A stretch of 64,000 nucleotides of DNA from Chrysomallon squamiferum (taxonomy: Eukaryota > Animalia > Mollusca), in assembly GCA_012295275.1 (NCBI GenBank), contig CM022679.1:28334001-28398000 (forward strand), in the 5' to 3' direction. Of the stretch, positions 24,271 to 56,459 are shown one piece after another; position 1 is the stretch's first letter, and each line of letters starts with the position of its first letter. Position numbers and translations under genes: made by a program. Under the pieces are notes generated by a model. That model was not told where the DNA came from. It saw nothing but the letters and a program-made list of their open reading frames with translations, and did no database searches.

Positions 24271-25545
24271 AGTGTGTCTACGCTATGGTATGATTAAAAT
24301 AGCAATTTCTTTTGTTAACGATGTTTTCATTTCTAATTCGTATTTTAGAGATATTCGTTCAGACTTAATTTTGACGTAAGTCGTTGGCGTGATTCTGTTT
24401 ATTTCGTGACGTGTGTGTGTGTGTGTGTTTGTGTGTGATTAGCACCACTTGATCTAATTTCACAGCTGAAGTATTCCCAGTTGACGTAAAGCAGAGGACT
24501 AGGTTTTCTCCCACACAGTCTTCTTTGATCCCAAGCTGAATTAACTGTTGTAGCAAGAGTTAGACCTCTACACGTTTGCTAATTCTATTTTATTTTAAGT
24601 AAGGCCAAAATTATTTGATATTCTGACTTACAGATCCACAGATTCGATTTTTCTTATTTTAGAAAATAGAAATAATTAGTTTAATTAGTTTTATTATATT
24701 CTGCCAACAGTGTACTCGTCTTTATAAAAGTATAATAAACTGTAAAGGAACAACCATAACTGACCGCAGACAAGGGAAATTAAAAAAAAAAAAAAAAAAA
24801 AAATCCAACGTTTTAGATAAATTATTCCCTGATTTGTGAGTTATGTCATTAATGAGTGAAATAAGTAAATTCTCAACTAAAATTGACCCAGCTGGAGAAG
24901 GGAACGATCTAGAGTACAGTGGCTATATAGTAGCTGGTATAACAACACACGAAGCTATAATTTAGTAGATGGAGTATACATTGCTTTGTTACTTCACTCT
25001 CTGATGGTTTGTGATAGCTTTTCCAGACGTAGCAAAACGTGTGTATATTCATTTACTGCCTGTAGCCAGTGGCCCACCTTCTTGGAGACTCACATACTCA
25101 TTACACAGTTCCCACTTAACCGTACAGTCTAATAGCCTATTACATAATTCCCACTTGATTTAATAATATTTTATTAGATGAAGTGGGCAGACACCAAATA
25201 TCTGTATGTATGTATGTATTACTGTCTGTGTATGTTTGTGTGTGTGTGTGTATATATATGTGTGTGTATCTGTATGTGTGTTTTGTACAGAACAGTTGAT
25301 ACAGATATTACTAGTAATTTCTTCATCACAAACTGACTCCGTCCAAGTCCACTTAATAACTAAAGAGTTTTTATTTATTCTGTTTTCACTGTTCAGCGTG
25401 TAGTAAAAATGTTGACAATGTCAAATTTAATAAGCATGTGAGTAAATAAATAAAACAAACAAACAAATAAATAAATAAATAAATAAATAAATAAATTTAT
25501 TTATTTTCGTCGAGTAGTTGTATTTGTAAATTTGTTTCACTGGAC

Positions 25546-44342
<18,797 letters not shown>

Positions 44343-44363
44343 GTTGGCCGAGTGACAGCTGCG

Positions 44364-44546
44364 GTTTAAAGAACAGCTTGTATCTTTACAGTTTAAAGAA
44401 CAGCTTGTATCTATACAGTTTAAAGAACAGCTTGTATCTTTACAGTTTAAAGAACAGCTTGTGTCTATACAGTTTAAAGAACAGCTTGTGTCTATACAGT
44501 TTAAAGAACAGCTTGTGTCTATACAGTTTAAAGAACAGCTTGTGTC
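44364..44546. repeat. 27-bp VNTR x~6.7 (GTTTAAAGAACAGCTTGTRTCTWTACA) in the 5' leader of paralog A
   Basis: Period 27 (44364, 44391...). Translates as DTSCSLNCI repeats in the ORF track. Confidence 0.95.
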
Positions 44547-44550
44547 GTGG

Positions 44551-44558
44551 TATTTATA
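44551..44558 (-). promoter_or_regulatory. Candidate TATA box (TATAAATA) of paralog A
   Basis: Consensus TATAAATA on the minus strand, ~210 nt upstream of the ATG at 44342 and immediately upstream of the 27-bp VNTR. Confidence 0.45.
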
Positions 44559-45359
44559 CAGCGTGTTAATTATTAAACTGAGTCGGTATCGTGTTACTGA
44601 ACGTTGGTTTATGTCTTGAAAAAATCTTACTTTTATGCAAGTATGAATATACATATGTATGTATGTATGTATGTGTATGTGTGTGTCTGCGTATATGTGT
44701 GTCTACGTATATGTGTGCATATGTGTATGTATGTATATATGTGTGCATGTGTACATGTATTTATGTATATATGTGTGTATGTATATGTGTGTATATATAT
44801 ATATATAATATAAATGTATATATATATATATATGTATATATATATTTATATATGTATCTACTATAGATATGTGTGTATGTGTGTATTTGTAGTTATGTAT
44901 GTAGGTATGTATATAAAAATATGCAGTCCATTCTTTGATTTATTATGGCTCTGTATAAGATGTTTGTACATCGTCAGTACTTGCTTATCTAGAAACACGT
45001 ATTCTTCTGTATTAATAAAATATGTATATATGATGATATTTGCGAATACAATTTTAAATCAAATATTTATGTAAATGTTTGACCGATTATTTTCATTTTC
45101 TCTCTCATAATGTCAATAGCAGATCTGTTTGTAAATGTAATAATATACTATTTACACACACACGCACGCACGCACGCACACACGTATTTGCTGTATGTTT
45201 CTAGATGTTGGAGCAGATCATCTACCATAAGTAATTTGTGTGTGTTTTGGTTACAGTTTAATATTCAGGTGATAATACACATTTCACAGATCCTGTTCAG
45301 GTTTGTGTTTTTTTTGTTAGTAATTTCTTTTGACTTCTAAATACAGTTTTAGTTGATCA

Positions 45360-45590
45360 GCCACGTGGTTCCCTGGTGCACTGGGCTAATGTGGTGAAAG
45401 TGGTGCTGGGGACCAAATGGCTGTTTTCTGTGGGCTTCGATAAACCACTTTGGGGTTCCATGGCCAATATGAACCTAATGGGTGGGTCACTGGTCCCTTA
45501 CCCAGGGGCACACTGAGCCCTCAGGGACTTTGTTATATCAGTGACTCCTATAACGATGTTGTTGAAGGCAACCTATCAAACTTGTAATCG
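45360..45590 (+). mobile_element. Probable tRNA-derived SINE fragment
   Basis: GC-rich island in an AT-rich intergenic region. A-box-like TGGTGCACTGGG and B-box-like GGCTTCGATAAACC, a small hairpin GGTTCCATGGCCAATATGAACC, and a tail resembling invertebrate SINE 3' ends (..TGTTGTTGAAGGCAAC). Recognised by eye only. Confidence 0.45.
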
Positions 45591-45963
45591 AGAGCAATGA
45601 CGCCTCTATAAGCATTAGCAGGTTTTCAATAAACAGCTATAAATGACCAAATATCTTAAACATGGCTCATCTGACCCCAGTTTCCCTATTAACTGAACTG
45701 ATTTGATTATTTGTTCATTATTTAAGAATATATAATTAAGCTGAATGCTAATAAATAGGATTAATAAATATTTTATAAATGTTTTGTTATTTGTTATTAG
45801 ACGCCTATCTTTGCTAATAATAAAGTTCTTAACAAAATGCTTGTGGAGAAACAAAGAGAAATTGTTTTGTATATACCTAGAAGCGTATTGGTTTTTTCGT
45901 TTTTGTTTCTTAGTTTCTTTTCTTTTCTTTTTTCTTTTTCCTTTTTTCTTTCTTTATTTCTTT

Positions 45964-46004
<41 letters not shown>

Positions 46005-46756
46005 ATTTTGAACACATTTTATTGTATATTATTCACAAACCTAGAAAAAAGATAAGAGCAAAACCCCAAAAAATCCAAACGAAGTTTATCGATCAGTCTT
46101 CAAAGAGAAATAATTAATAGCTATTTCTTGTGATAACAACGTCTTCATTTCTAATTCATATTTTTGAGAGATTTTGTTTAACACATAATTCTGACGGGAA
46201 ATGAAACTTGTTTCTGATAAAAAGAAAAAATGCTTTTTAAATTTTATTATTATTATTTTTTTTTATCAATATATCAATAATTCCGGTTATGTTTGGACGT
46301 GTATGTGTGTGCGTGTGTGTATGTATGTATGTGTATATTTTCGGATTTGAATATTCTCTGTCTTTTTAGACTGCGCTTGGACAATAATTTGGAAACGCAC
46401 AGGCACAGGAGGACAAAGTCCAATCACAACCTCACAAACCCCGTAGTTATTTTGAGAAGGAATAACATGTTAATATTATAAACACTTTGAGAACAGAAGA
46501 CGGAATACATTTTAAAACACGTTTATTAAACATTAAATTTGTATACAGTACTGTAACAGAGAATTACACTGTAATCGATACACAAATCACAGAATATACT
46601 TTATGAAATAAATAAATAAATAAATACGTAAACAAAGAAACAAATAAGTAAGTAAATTAATAAATAAATAAATAAAAAAGAAAGCCATGAAAGAAAGAAT
46701 AAGTATAAAGCTGAATAACCCGATCTGACAAAGGATCATGATTAACCTCATGCATT

Positions 46757-46814
<58 letters not shown>

Positions 46815-47296
46815 TAATAATAATAATAATAGTAATAGTAATAATAATAATAATAATGATAATAATAATAATAATGATAAAATCAATAAAAATCATCGAG
46901 CTATAAAAAGTACAATTACGTGAACATCTACGTTAACGACAACAACAACTACATCTACAATAAAGCAACAACTGCAATGAGTCAATACAACATAAATAAC
47001 AGTTACATCTAAAGATAACCTTGAGTTAGGCTATTGTTCTCATTATTCATAATTTATTAGTATATGTAAGAAAACAGTATATTCATCTTTGCTTTTATTA
47101 ATAAGAAATCTCATATTTTTCCAGTTCATTATCTGAATTATCTTATTTAAAAAAGAAAAAGAAAACTAATCTATATGATATTGATAATGATAGTAATAGT
47201 AGTAGTAGTAGTAATAATAATAATAATAGCAATAACAACAACAACAACAACAATAATAACAATAATAATAATAATAATAATAATAATAGCAACAAC

Positions 47297-47337
<41 letters not shown>

Positions 47338-47690
47338 TAAAAAAAATAATAATAAGTAAAATATCATAGACTGTGTAATTCAACATCAATAAACTGTAAA
47401 ATCGCCAGCTGGCAGCTCTAACATGATTTTGATAAAAGTTTAACAAACTAACGTTTGAGATCACTTAGTCTGAATGTCAGTGCATTAAACAACTATAAAC
47501 CTGATTTCGAATAGGAATTGTCAGTTTGCACGCTTATATCACAGCTAGTTTTATATTAACAAAACCAAATAGCATCTCGACATTGTTCCTCTGATGGGTC
47601 AGTAATACTTGCTATATTTGCCTCTACAAGTATTCATTACGAAGCCTGATTATGTCTAAAAGCAGCAGTAAAGACAGCACGCACCATAGA

Positions 47691-47704
47691 GTAACCATGG
47701 TAAC
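47691..47704. promoter_or_regulatory. RFX X-box-like palindrome GTAACCATGGTAAC
   Basis: Matches GTNRCCATRGYAAC and lies between the two polycystin coding regions. Function not demonstrable from sequence. Confidence 0.35.
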
Positions 47705-48071
47705 TACCGCGGTAACAAAAACTGAGTTAATACAATTTTGCACAAAATAAATATCGCACGTGAACAACTAATATTATACATCTACAAAAATTATTATTAT
47801 CTCTGAGCGTGTATTTGTGTGTGTGTCTGTGTGCGTTGGTATGTGTGTGTATGTGCGTGTATCTATGTATGTATGTAAATATACGTGTGTATGTATGTAC
47901 TTATGTGCATGTCTCAACATGTGTACATACACTGATATATGTAAGTATTTCAGTTTTGCATGTATGAAAATTAGTGGTCAAATTATTTATTTCAGTTATC
48001 TGTACATTAACAATTTAGTAACATTAAAATGTCTTATTTAGCTTATTGTAAATCAATGATGAAGTTTTCTT

Positions 48072-51000
48072 CTACTTCAGATCATGTCTCTTTCTCACTT
48101 CGCTGTCCGCTATTTGTCGAAATGTTGATATTATCGTTCTGTGGTCAATATCTGGTAAATATTAAAAAAAAGAGTCAATGTTCGATGCAGAAAACTCACA
48201 TAAAATATATAATTGTATAATGAGCTATAGAATTTTGCAAAAAACAACCCTCTTCAGTAAACAAAAAAAAAAAAATGAATATAAAAAACATAAAAACAAA
48301 TTGAAAATAAAATAAAATAAAATAAAATAAAATAAAATAAAATAATATAAGAATACATAAAAAATGTATACATGTATATGAATGTGAATGCTGTATTTAA
48401 TATGAATAATATTCGTTTTGTTTAACATTTCAGCAGAAGATTCCTGGTTTCCTCACCTTGTTTTGATTGCAAAGTACCATTTTTCTTCTTCCCTGTGACG
48501 ATCTCTTTTGCAGAATTCCACAGATACGTGGTCAGTTCAAAGTCTCGGTCGCATCCTCTTTCTTCAGCAAGCATTGCCATCGTGTCCAGCAGTATTGTCA
48601 TGAAGATGTTGGCGAGGGTGAAGGTGACCACCACGATGAACGTGATGAAGTAAATCAGACCAAACCAGCTACTTTCTGCTGGGATGGTCATCTTGGTGAA
48701 TCCAGCGTGACCAAGAACTCCAGAGAAAAGACTTTCCAAACACGTGATGATGTCTTTGTACTCTTTAGAAAAGGGACCGAAGAAAATGAGGCCGCACATG
48801 GCGAAAGCAAACAGGACAAGGATAACGTAAAAGAAGAAGCCAGGAAGAGTTTTAGAACTCTTTTTCAACACAGTGAACACAGTCCTAGTCACTTTGGTGT
48901 AGCCCATCACTTTAATGAGGCGTAGAGTGACAATAGCAAGAAGAACAGAAACCACGTAGATAAAGAAACTGTCCCAAACAGCTATGTGAAAGAAGTTGAC
49001 GAAAATTCGAGTGTTTTCTCTGAACTTGGCCAAAGCTTCTGTGGTGTAGCGAAGTCTGATAAAGTACAAGACGACGGCAGTAAATGAGAGAGAGACTGTG
49101 GCGAGTTCTGCGATGTTCCAGAACTGTCTGAAGAACGACCATCTTTCTTTGAGAAGTCGGACGCAGATAACGATTACCCAAACAAATGTTGTTATAAGGA
49201 ACAAAATCTCGCAGATTCGGATGTAAATTCCCATTCCACCAGTAACCTCCAAACTCCTGAATGTGAAGATGTTAGTGAAGTGTAGAACCGCGCCAGTTTC
49301 AGGAAACTCGGACAGCAAGCTGATGTAGGCGAACATGTTGAGATTGCCAGAGTACACGGTGAACTCGAGAAACACGGCTCTCGTCTGACGATTAATCCAC
49401 ATCGTGTCTATCAACTCACGTATTGTTTGTTTCGCCACTGCTCGACTTATGTCCATTTCGGCGATGTATCCACCACCTCCGTACACAGTCAAACCGCCAG
49501 GAATTGGAATGCCCCAGATTTTCGAAGCTGGAACAAAACTCCAAGCATCACTTGTTAATCTGAGTCCTTCTTCTGGATCACAAGGTTTCGTCGTATTCCA
49601 CCCCAGGCAGTAAGTTTCTGTATCTTCGGTGATTATAGAATAAGGTGGAATGCAAGGAATATTGCCTATGTATGGCAACGAACAAACAACTGGAATAGAT
49701 AATAATTTATTGTTGATTTAGTTTATATTTATTATTTCTTCTGTGTATAGAGATACATATATATGTGTTTATATGTATATCAGATTATTTTGGTATACGA
49801 ATAAGTAATGATGTTTATAAAATATGAAAGAAACGAACGAACGAACGAATGAACGAATGAATGAATGAATAAATAAATAAATAAGTAAATTTAAATACTG
49901 TTACCTTTTCTTTGTCTGAGAAGCCTGAGACGAGGCGCTCCAACTCGGTAGTTAGTCAGATCTGACATGAGAAGCCGATCTTCTGGCCCCAGCAGGTCTT
50001 TGTTGAAGTTTTCCTCTGGGTACATGGCGTCTATTATAGTGTAGTTTAGCCACATGTAGTAGTCTCTGATGCAGTGAATCTAAGTGTTAAAACACCAAAA
50101 AATATAAAATTGCACTCAGTATGTCAAGCCAGGCATTTAGCCAATTCTTCAACAAGTTAATGCATCTGACCAACGTATAGTTAGTTTTGTTTGATAATGT
50201 GTATAATGACTGGATCTAGAGTGTTAAATAGCTGAACGTTTTACAGTAGTACACTGGGTGTGATACGCTGAGAATAGAAACTTACGTCGTCTTCTACCGG
50301 GAGATCTGCCTGCAGAGTCGAGTGTTTTGCATCGATGGGACGAAACAGCTGGTTCTGGAGGTTGGTGCGCAGCAGAAAGCCGTGCGGGTCTCTGTTGCTG
50401 TAGCAGATAGAACAGAGCAGAACGAGCAGGAAGACGGTGACGAGAAACTCGCTCACTGCTTTCTGCATCTTCTCGTTTTGTTTCACCTTGAATCTCACTT
50501 CTTCCACGACTTTCTCGGGAAATGCACTTCTGTAGTCCACGCGCCGCCTCGCTAAAACAAACAACAAGAAATCAGCGACATTGTCTTTAATAAATATAAA
50601 CCTTCAGATGTACATGTGATCAGAGCTTTAAGAAACAAGTGTGAACAGAGCTTTAAGACATAAATGTGACTAGAATTCTAAGATATAAAAATGATGTGAA
50701 CAGAGATTTAAGATAAAAATATGAACTGAGCTTGAAGGTACATATGTGAACAGGGTTTTTAGGTGGAACTGATGATACAGTGATAAAGATGTTTAAAAGG
50801 ACAAACGTAACGGAGACGGGTTTTGACGATCTTTAGGTAGCACCGGTGAAAAAATTAGAAACTACAAAATATGGTGAATAACAATAGTTTCTTCTTCTTT
50901 TCTTTTTTGTTTCAACTAAAACCATCTTCTCTATTCGTGACAGTTAGCTTTATTAACGTACAAGATTAAGAAATCATTTGAAATAAATATCTTTACATTT

Positions 51001-51769
51001 TCTGCTTCAGCTAGTGGACTCTACTGGTTTACATGAGCATCAGCTGTGTACTTGCCCAGTCTTGCTGCTAACAGTTATCAAGTTTCAGTTGGGCATGTTA
51101 TGATATTGTTGTATTCTGTTCATTATTCACTGATTCGTTTTCATATTAAACACTTACGTATGGTTTGTTTTCCAATTTTTGTGTTCTTCTCATAAATTCT
51201 CCTGAGATCAAACATAGTGGGTCGAACAACTTTGATCTTTTTCATAATGGCTGCAAATATTATCGCTAAGAAGAGAATCTGTAAACAAATAAGTCAAAAT
51301 AACTAAATATTAGATAAACACATAAGCTGATTCCACAGTATTGCTGCTACTACCAATAACAGTTAACATCACACCCGAAATCTCTGAATACCGTAATATA
51401 TATTCACCTTAAACGGATCGAGAACGAACATGGACTCAGCAAAGCTCATGAAGAAGGTCATCAGAAACTCTTCTGATATGTCCTTGCCCCACTCAGCGCT
51501 GTACAGGATGACGAAGAAACTAGACGCAGCTGATGCCAGGATGACGATGATCCAGGCGATGTAGACGCAGAAGTGAGGCAGGACCCCTTCCTCGTCGTCC
51601 ACGATGTCTTTGATGACCAGCACCTTCTGCAGCGCCACGCTGTCCTTGTAGAACTTGAATCGTTTGAAGCAGGGTGACATCCAGTGTGACGTGTACTCCT
51701 CTGTTGATGTCTGACTCTTACTCAGCTTGGATTTTCTAAACGTAAATTTTAGAATTTGCCTCCAAAGTT

Positions 51770-51801
<32 letters not shown>

Positions 51802-51923
51802 TACTTAAAGCTGTGAACAGAACAAGAAATTAAATCTACTGGCCTAAGAAATATGGCTAACAGAAACTATTAGCTTTATGAACAATATTAACGAAATAAT
51901 ACAATAACAATAACAATTATGAT

Positions 51924-51958
<35 letters not shown>

Positions 51959-54900
51959 TCACCACCACCATCACCACCACTACTACTACTACTATATCTA
52001 CTACTAGTTCAACGTCTGTTACTACTCCTGCTATTACTACTCATACAACAATGAAAAGTCCAGTTGTGTTCGTCAGTTTATATGTCTTATGTTATCACTG
52101 TGCCACTTACTTGAATAAGAACATCATCATAAACACTGGGATGGCGGTGATAATGGCGCTGATGAAGGAAACCCAGATCTGAGAGACGTTAAATTTGAAA
52201 GGTCCAAGTTCAAAGTCAGCTTGCTGTTGTCGGTCTTTGAAGTCACGTGACTTAAAGAACATGGCGTTTGAAATCATCGACAGCAAGAGCAGCGCTAGAC
52301 AACAACCAACGCGCTGAACTCGACTGAAGTGGCTCTTCACGGGCCTCAGTACGGTCGACAGCCAGAGATGGTCATCAGTCACGTGATGTCGCGCATGCTC
52401 AAAGAACATGGTCTTGAAATTTTTCATGTTTTCTGAGCTTCCGACTCCCAGAACCTGCTCGATTTGCCCCTCTTCGAACGACAGCCATTTGTAACAGAGG
52501 AAATCAAACCTGCACAAGTCAGAACAGAAAAATAAAGACAATTATTAAATGACCATTCTTTAAGGCGACATCGAGGGTCGATCCTGAATCGTAACACATC
52601 CTATTAACGCTTAAATCCTTTGTCATCATCAGATTTAGATACATATTAATTTACTGAAATTTTTACAACACTGTCGCCTTTGTTCAAACTAAATGTTACT
52701 GAAACAGCTGCTTTAATAAATATCAAACTGCATTTTCTAAAGAAAATAAATTAGAAAAAAGAAATAGATCTTAACCTTTCACTGGTCTGCAGGTCGACCA
52801 CCTCTATTCTGTTGAGATACCAAGACGCCCATTTGCCCTTCCCAGAATTGTCATGCCAGATTCTCAGACACTGCAGGTATCCCAGTGGCAGAGGAACCGC
52901 CATGATGAAGTGAAGAACACTCCCAGCACTGAACTCCTGTATAAGAATGTCACAACACGTTTAGTAGAAGACTCACTGATTTGTACGTAGTGTTAAGTAT
53001 CAAAAACTGTGTAGGACAAATCATGGACAGTAATTTCTTATATTACGATGAGTTGACGATACTCAGAAAAGTATCCACAAGTCTTAAAACTGTTTAAATA
53101 TCAGCACACTTCACTGCGTAACATATCGTAATAAATAAATAAACATTACAGTTAAAAAGCTGGTTTAAATTTCGTATAGAACGTGGACATTGTAAATCAC
53201 AGAAAGGGTCCGACCAGTAAAACATGACGTAAAAGAAGAAAAAAGTCAAACCTTTCGAACTCCGTCTGTGAGAACTCGTATTCCCGTCTCCCCCTCCTCT
53301 CCAGAAATATTAAACTCAATTTTAGATCTTGTACCTCCGTGTCTGATCATCCCAGTGTAAACTGTTATCAGATAGAAGTAGCAGTCATCACTGAAGTTAT
53401 CTTCCAGCAGCGACACACCCCACTGTAATAACAGTAACAGTAATAATAATAATAAAACAACAACAACAACAACACCAACAATAATAATAATAGCAATAAC
53501 AACAACAACGACAACACCAATAATAATAGTAATAGTAATAACAACAACAACAATGACAAACATACACTGTCTATATACACTAAGTCTACACATACTAGGT
53601 CTAAAAGATACCAGTCTAGACACACTAAGTCTACACACGCTAAAACTCTAGAGAACACTAATGTTACTAATATTTACTAAATTTATAAACATTATTTTGT
53701 TTTAAATTCAGAATGTTACCACAAACATATTAACAGCAGCAGCAACAACAACAGCAACAACAACTAAAAAACAAACAAACAAAATAAAAAATCACACGCA
53801 ATATAAATAAAGCATACACATTAAAATTACAACAAAAGAAATATATTGTAATTACAAATATCTCAAAAACAAAAAAACAACAAATTTAAATCATACAGTA
53901 AAGTTACACAGAAAATGTACAATAATACAACAATTAAAAATATAAAGACTAAAAATTACAAATATGGTAATTAAAAAGGTATATATATACTCAAAATTAA
54001 GAACATAAACACTAAAATAAAATCATAAAGACTAAACTTAAAACATAAAAACTAAGCTAAAATATAAACACTAAAACTGAAAACATAAAGGCTAAAACTG
54101 AAAATATAAACACTGAGAACATAAACACTAAATTAAAAACATAAACATAAATTGAAAACATAAACAGTAAATTAAAAACATAAACATAAATTGAAAACAT
54201 AAACACTCTAATTAAAAAACATAAACACTAAAATTAAAAAAATTAAACACTAAATTAAAAACATAAACACTAAATTAAAAAACATAAACACTAAAATTAA
54301 AAAACATAAACACTAAAATTAAAAAACATAAACACTAAAATTAAAAAACATAAACACTAAAATTAAACAATAAACACTAATTTTAAAACATAACACTAAT
54401 TTGAAAACATAAACACTAATCTGAAAACATAAACACTAATTAAAAAACATAAACACTAAAATTAAACAATAAACACTAATTTTAAAACATAAACACTAAA
54501 ACTGCAAACCTGAAGAACGTCCTGGCCGTCTTTGTATCTAGAAAAGAGAGCGGCGATGACAAAGATGACGAAGATGATGATGAGGGTGGACAACACCGCG
54601 GCCTGGCCTTTGATGTCAAACTTGCTGAACACGGTGGAGAAGTCTATCATGTTGGGGGGTACAAAGAACGAGATACTCGCCACCACTTCGGTTGTATCCG
54701 GGCAGGTACAAGTTGTTTCATTGTCGTACTCGTTCCGAGTCAACTGTGAACAAACAAAACAGTTTCTGTCTTTCTGTTTGTGTGTGTGTAAGTACACACC
54801 CATATAGTTACAATACAACTCACTCACAATCTCAGCAGTGTATGCAAAGAAACACGACATGCGTACATAAGCGTGAGTTGCGTTTTTTTTTTTTTTTTTT

Positions 54901-56412
54901 TATTTTGGGAGTAAACTACAAATATATTATTATTATTATACATATTATTTCCATAAAAAAGAATAATAAAAAATGTATTAGAGAATAAAACAAGATTTTG
55001 ACAAGTTAACCGAAGTCAAAGTGAAACACTGACAGCAGTTTGTTACTTTGTTAGTGTGTTAGTTTGTCACGTGTGTAAAGGCTTTACCTTGCAGCCATTA
55101 CTTTTCCACTCGCCTTCCTCTCCATCCCAGGTAAAGCACGTGATTGTTGTCAGCTTAAGCGTGTAGGGGGTCTCAAGAACGTCCGTTGGTGTATTCGATG
55201 TATTCTTAGCACTATCAGTGTCGTTAGCGGTGATTGTGTCGTTGGCGGTGATTGTGTCATTGGCGGTGGTGGTGTCGTTGACGGTGGTGGTGTCGTTGTT
55301 GTCAGGAATGCTTCTCTTACGTCGGGAGATTGACACCACTGTAAACCAATGACAGTTTAACATGTAGTTGTTGTAGTTACTGCCCACGTCAGGCGCTTTG
55401 TATCTCTACAACTTTTTTTTTATAATTAAATAATCATATAGTTGAAATATCCAGAGTTCAAAGGATAGAAATATGCAGTGAATATTGAAAAAAACAAAAA
55501 CAAACCAAAACACAGAGAGTGTGTTAATTTCTAGAATTTTTCCTCATTTCTTAAAATTGTAAACATTTCCGCCAGTAACTTTCATATACTATGAATCAAT
55601 AGTGAATATTGAATATAATGATCATCTGCTTGTCTACATTATGGCACACACACACACACACACTCTCACGGATACGCACATTATATATATCATCTACTAC
55701 TACGAATGATAAGAAGAGGTTACTTTCGTTGAGGCGTGGTCGCAGTCCCAGGTACGCTACCCCAGTACGTTTCAGTGAACCTGCGGGTGCGCAGTATCGA
55801 GTTCCCGACACGCCAGGCTGGACGACGTAAACGTGGTAGAAGTCGTAAGTCATGTCTGTAGGCGGAATCAGAGAGCGCAGAAACACGTCGTAGACAATCG
55901 CTTTCCCACCGACTGGAGCGACCGTGAGGCAGACGTCAGCTGTCGTAGTTCGGTAGAAGAACGAATGGTAGAACAATTTTGCAGCGTCTCCTTCAATAAA
56001 CATTGGGTCAACCGTGACAAAAGGTGCAGATTCGGGGTCAGTTTGTTTGATGACCGGCTGGGAAATCGTCATCACTGTTCCGTCATGTTTTTTAACCGCA
56101 GCCACGGTGACTGGGTTGTTGATCAGTTTAGCGTTGTCGCCTCGGATGAAGATGTTGTCGCTGATAACTTTGAGCTAAGGAATAGATCAAAAGAGTAAGC
56201 AGAGTATTAAAAAGTGTTTTCAGAACACTAACATGCTGATTCAGTTGTACGCACGTGCTGTATGCAATAACGTAAATACATAATGACAGACACAGAGATT
56301 TATATGTGTGATTAAAAGCTGGCACATTTTTATTTACGTGGATGTGATAATATACATTATATTTGTATAGAGATCTATATAATGTATATATATTTGTATG
56401 TATGAATGTATG

Positions 56413-56459
<47 letters not shown>

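Noticed and set aside
24360-25200. Moderately GC-richer intergenic segment possibly hiding an exon or ncRNA
   Set aside because: No convincing ORF, splice pair, tRNA fold or terminal repeats visible. Probably old repeat debris, but not assignable.
46587-47464. Poly-L/I/N/Y hydrophobic ORFs (also 4180-4404, 5357-5656, 28123-28647, 30233-30496, 38723-39347)
   Set aside because: Translations of (AAT)n/(AGT)n/(AAC)n tracts.
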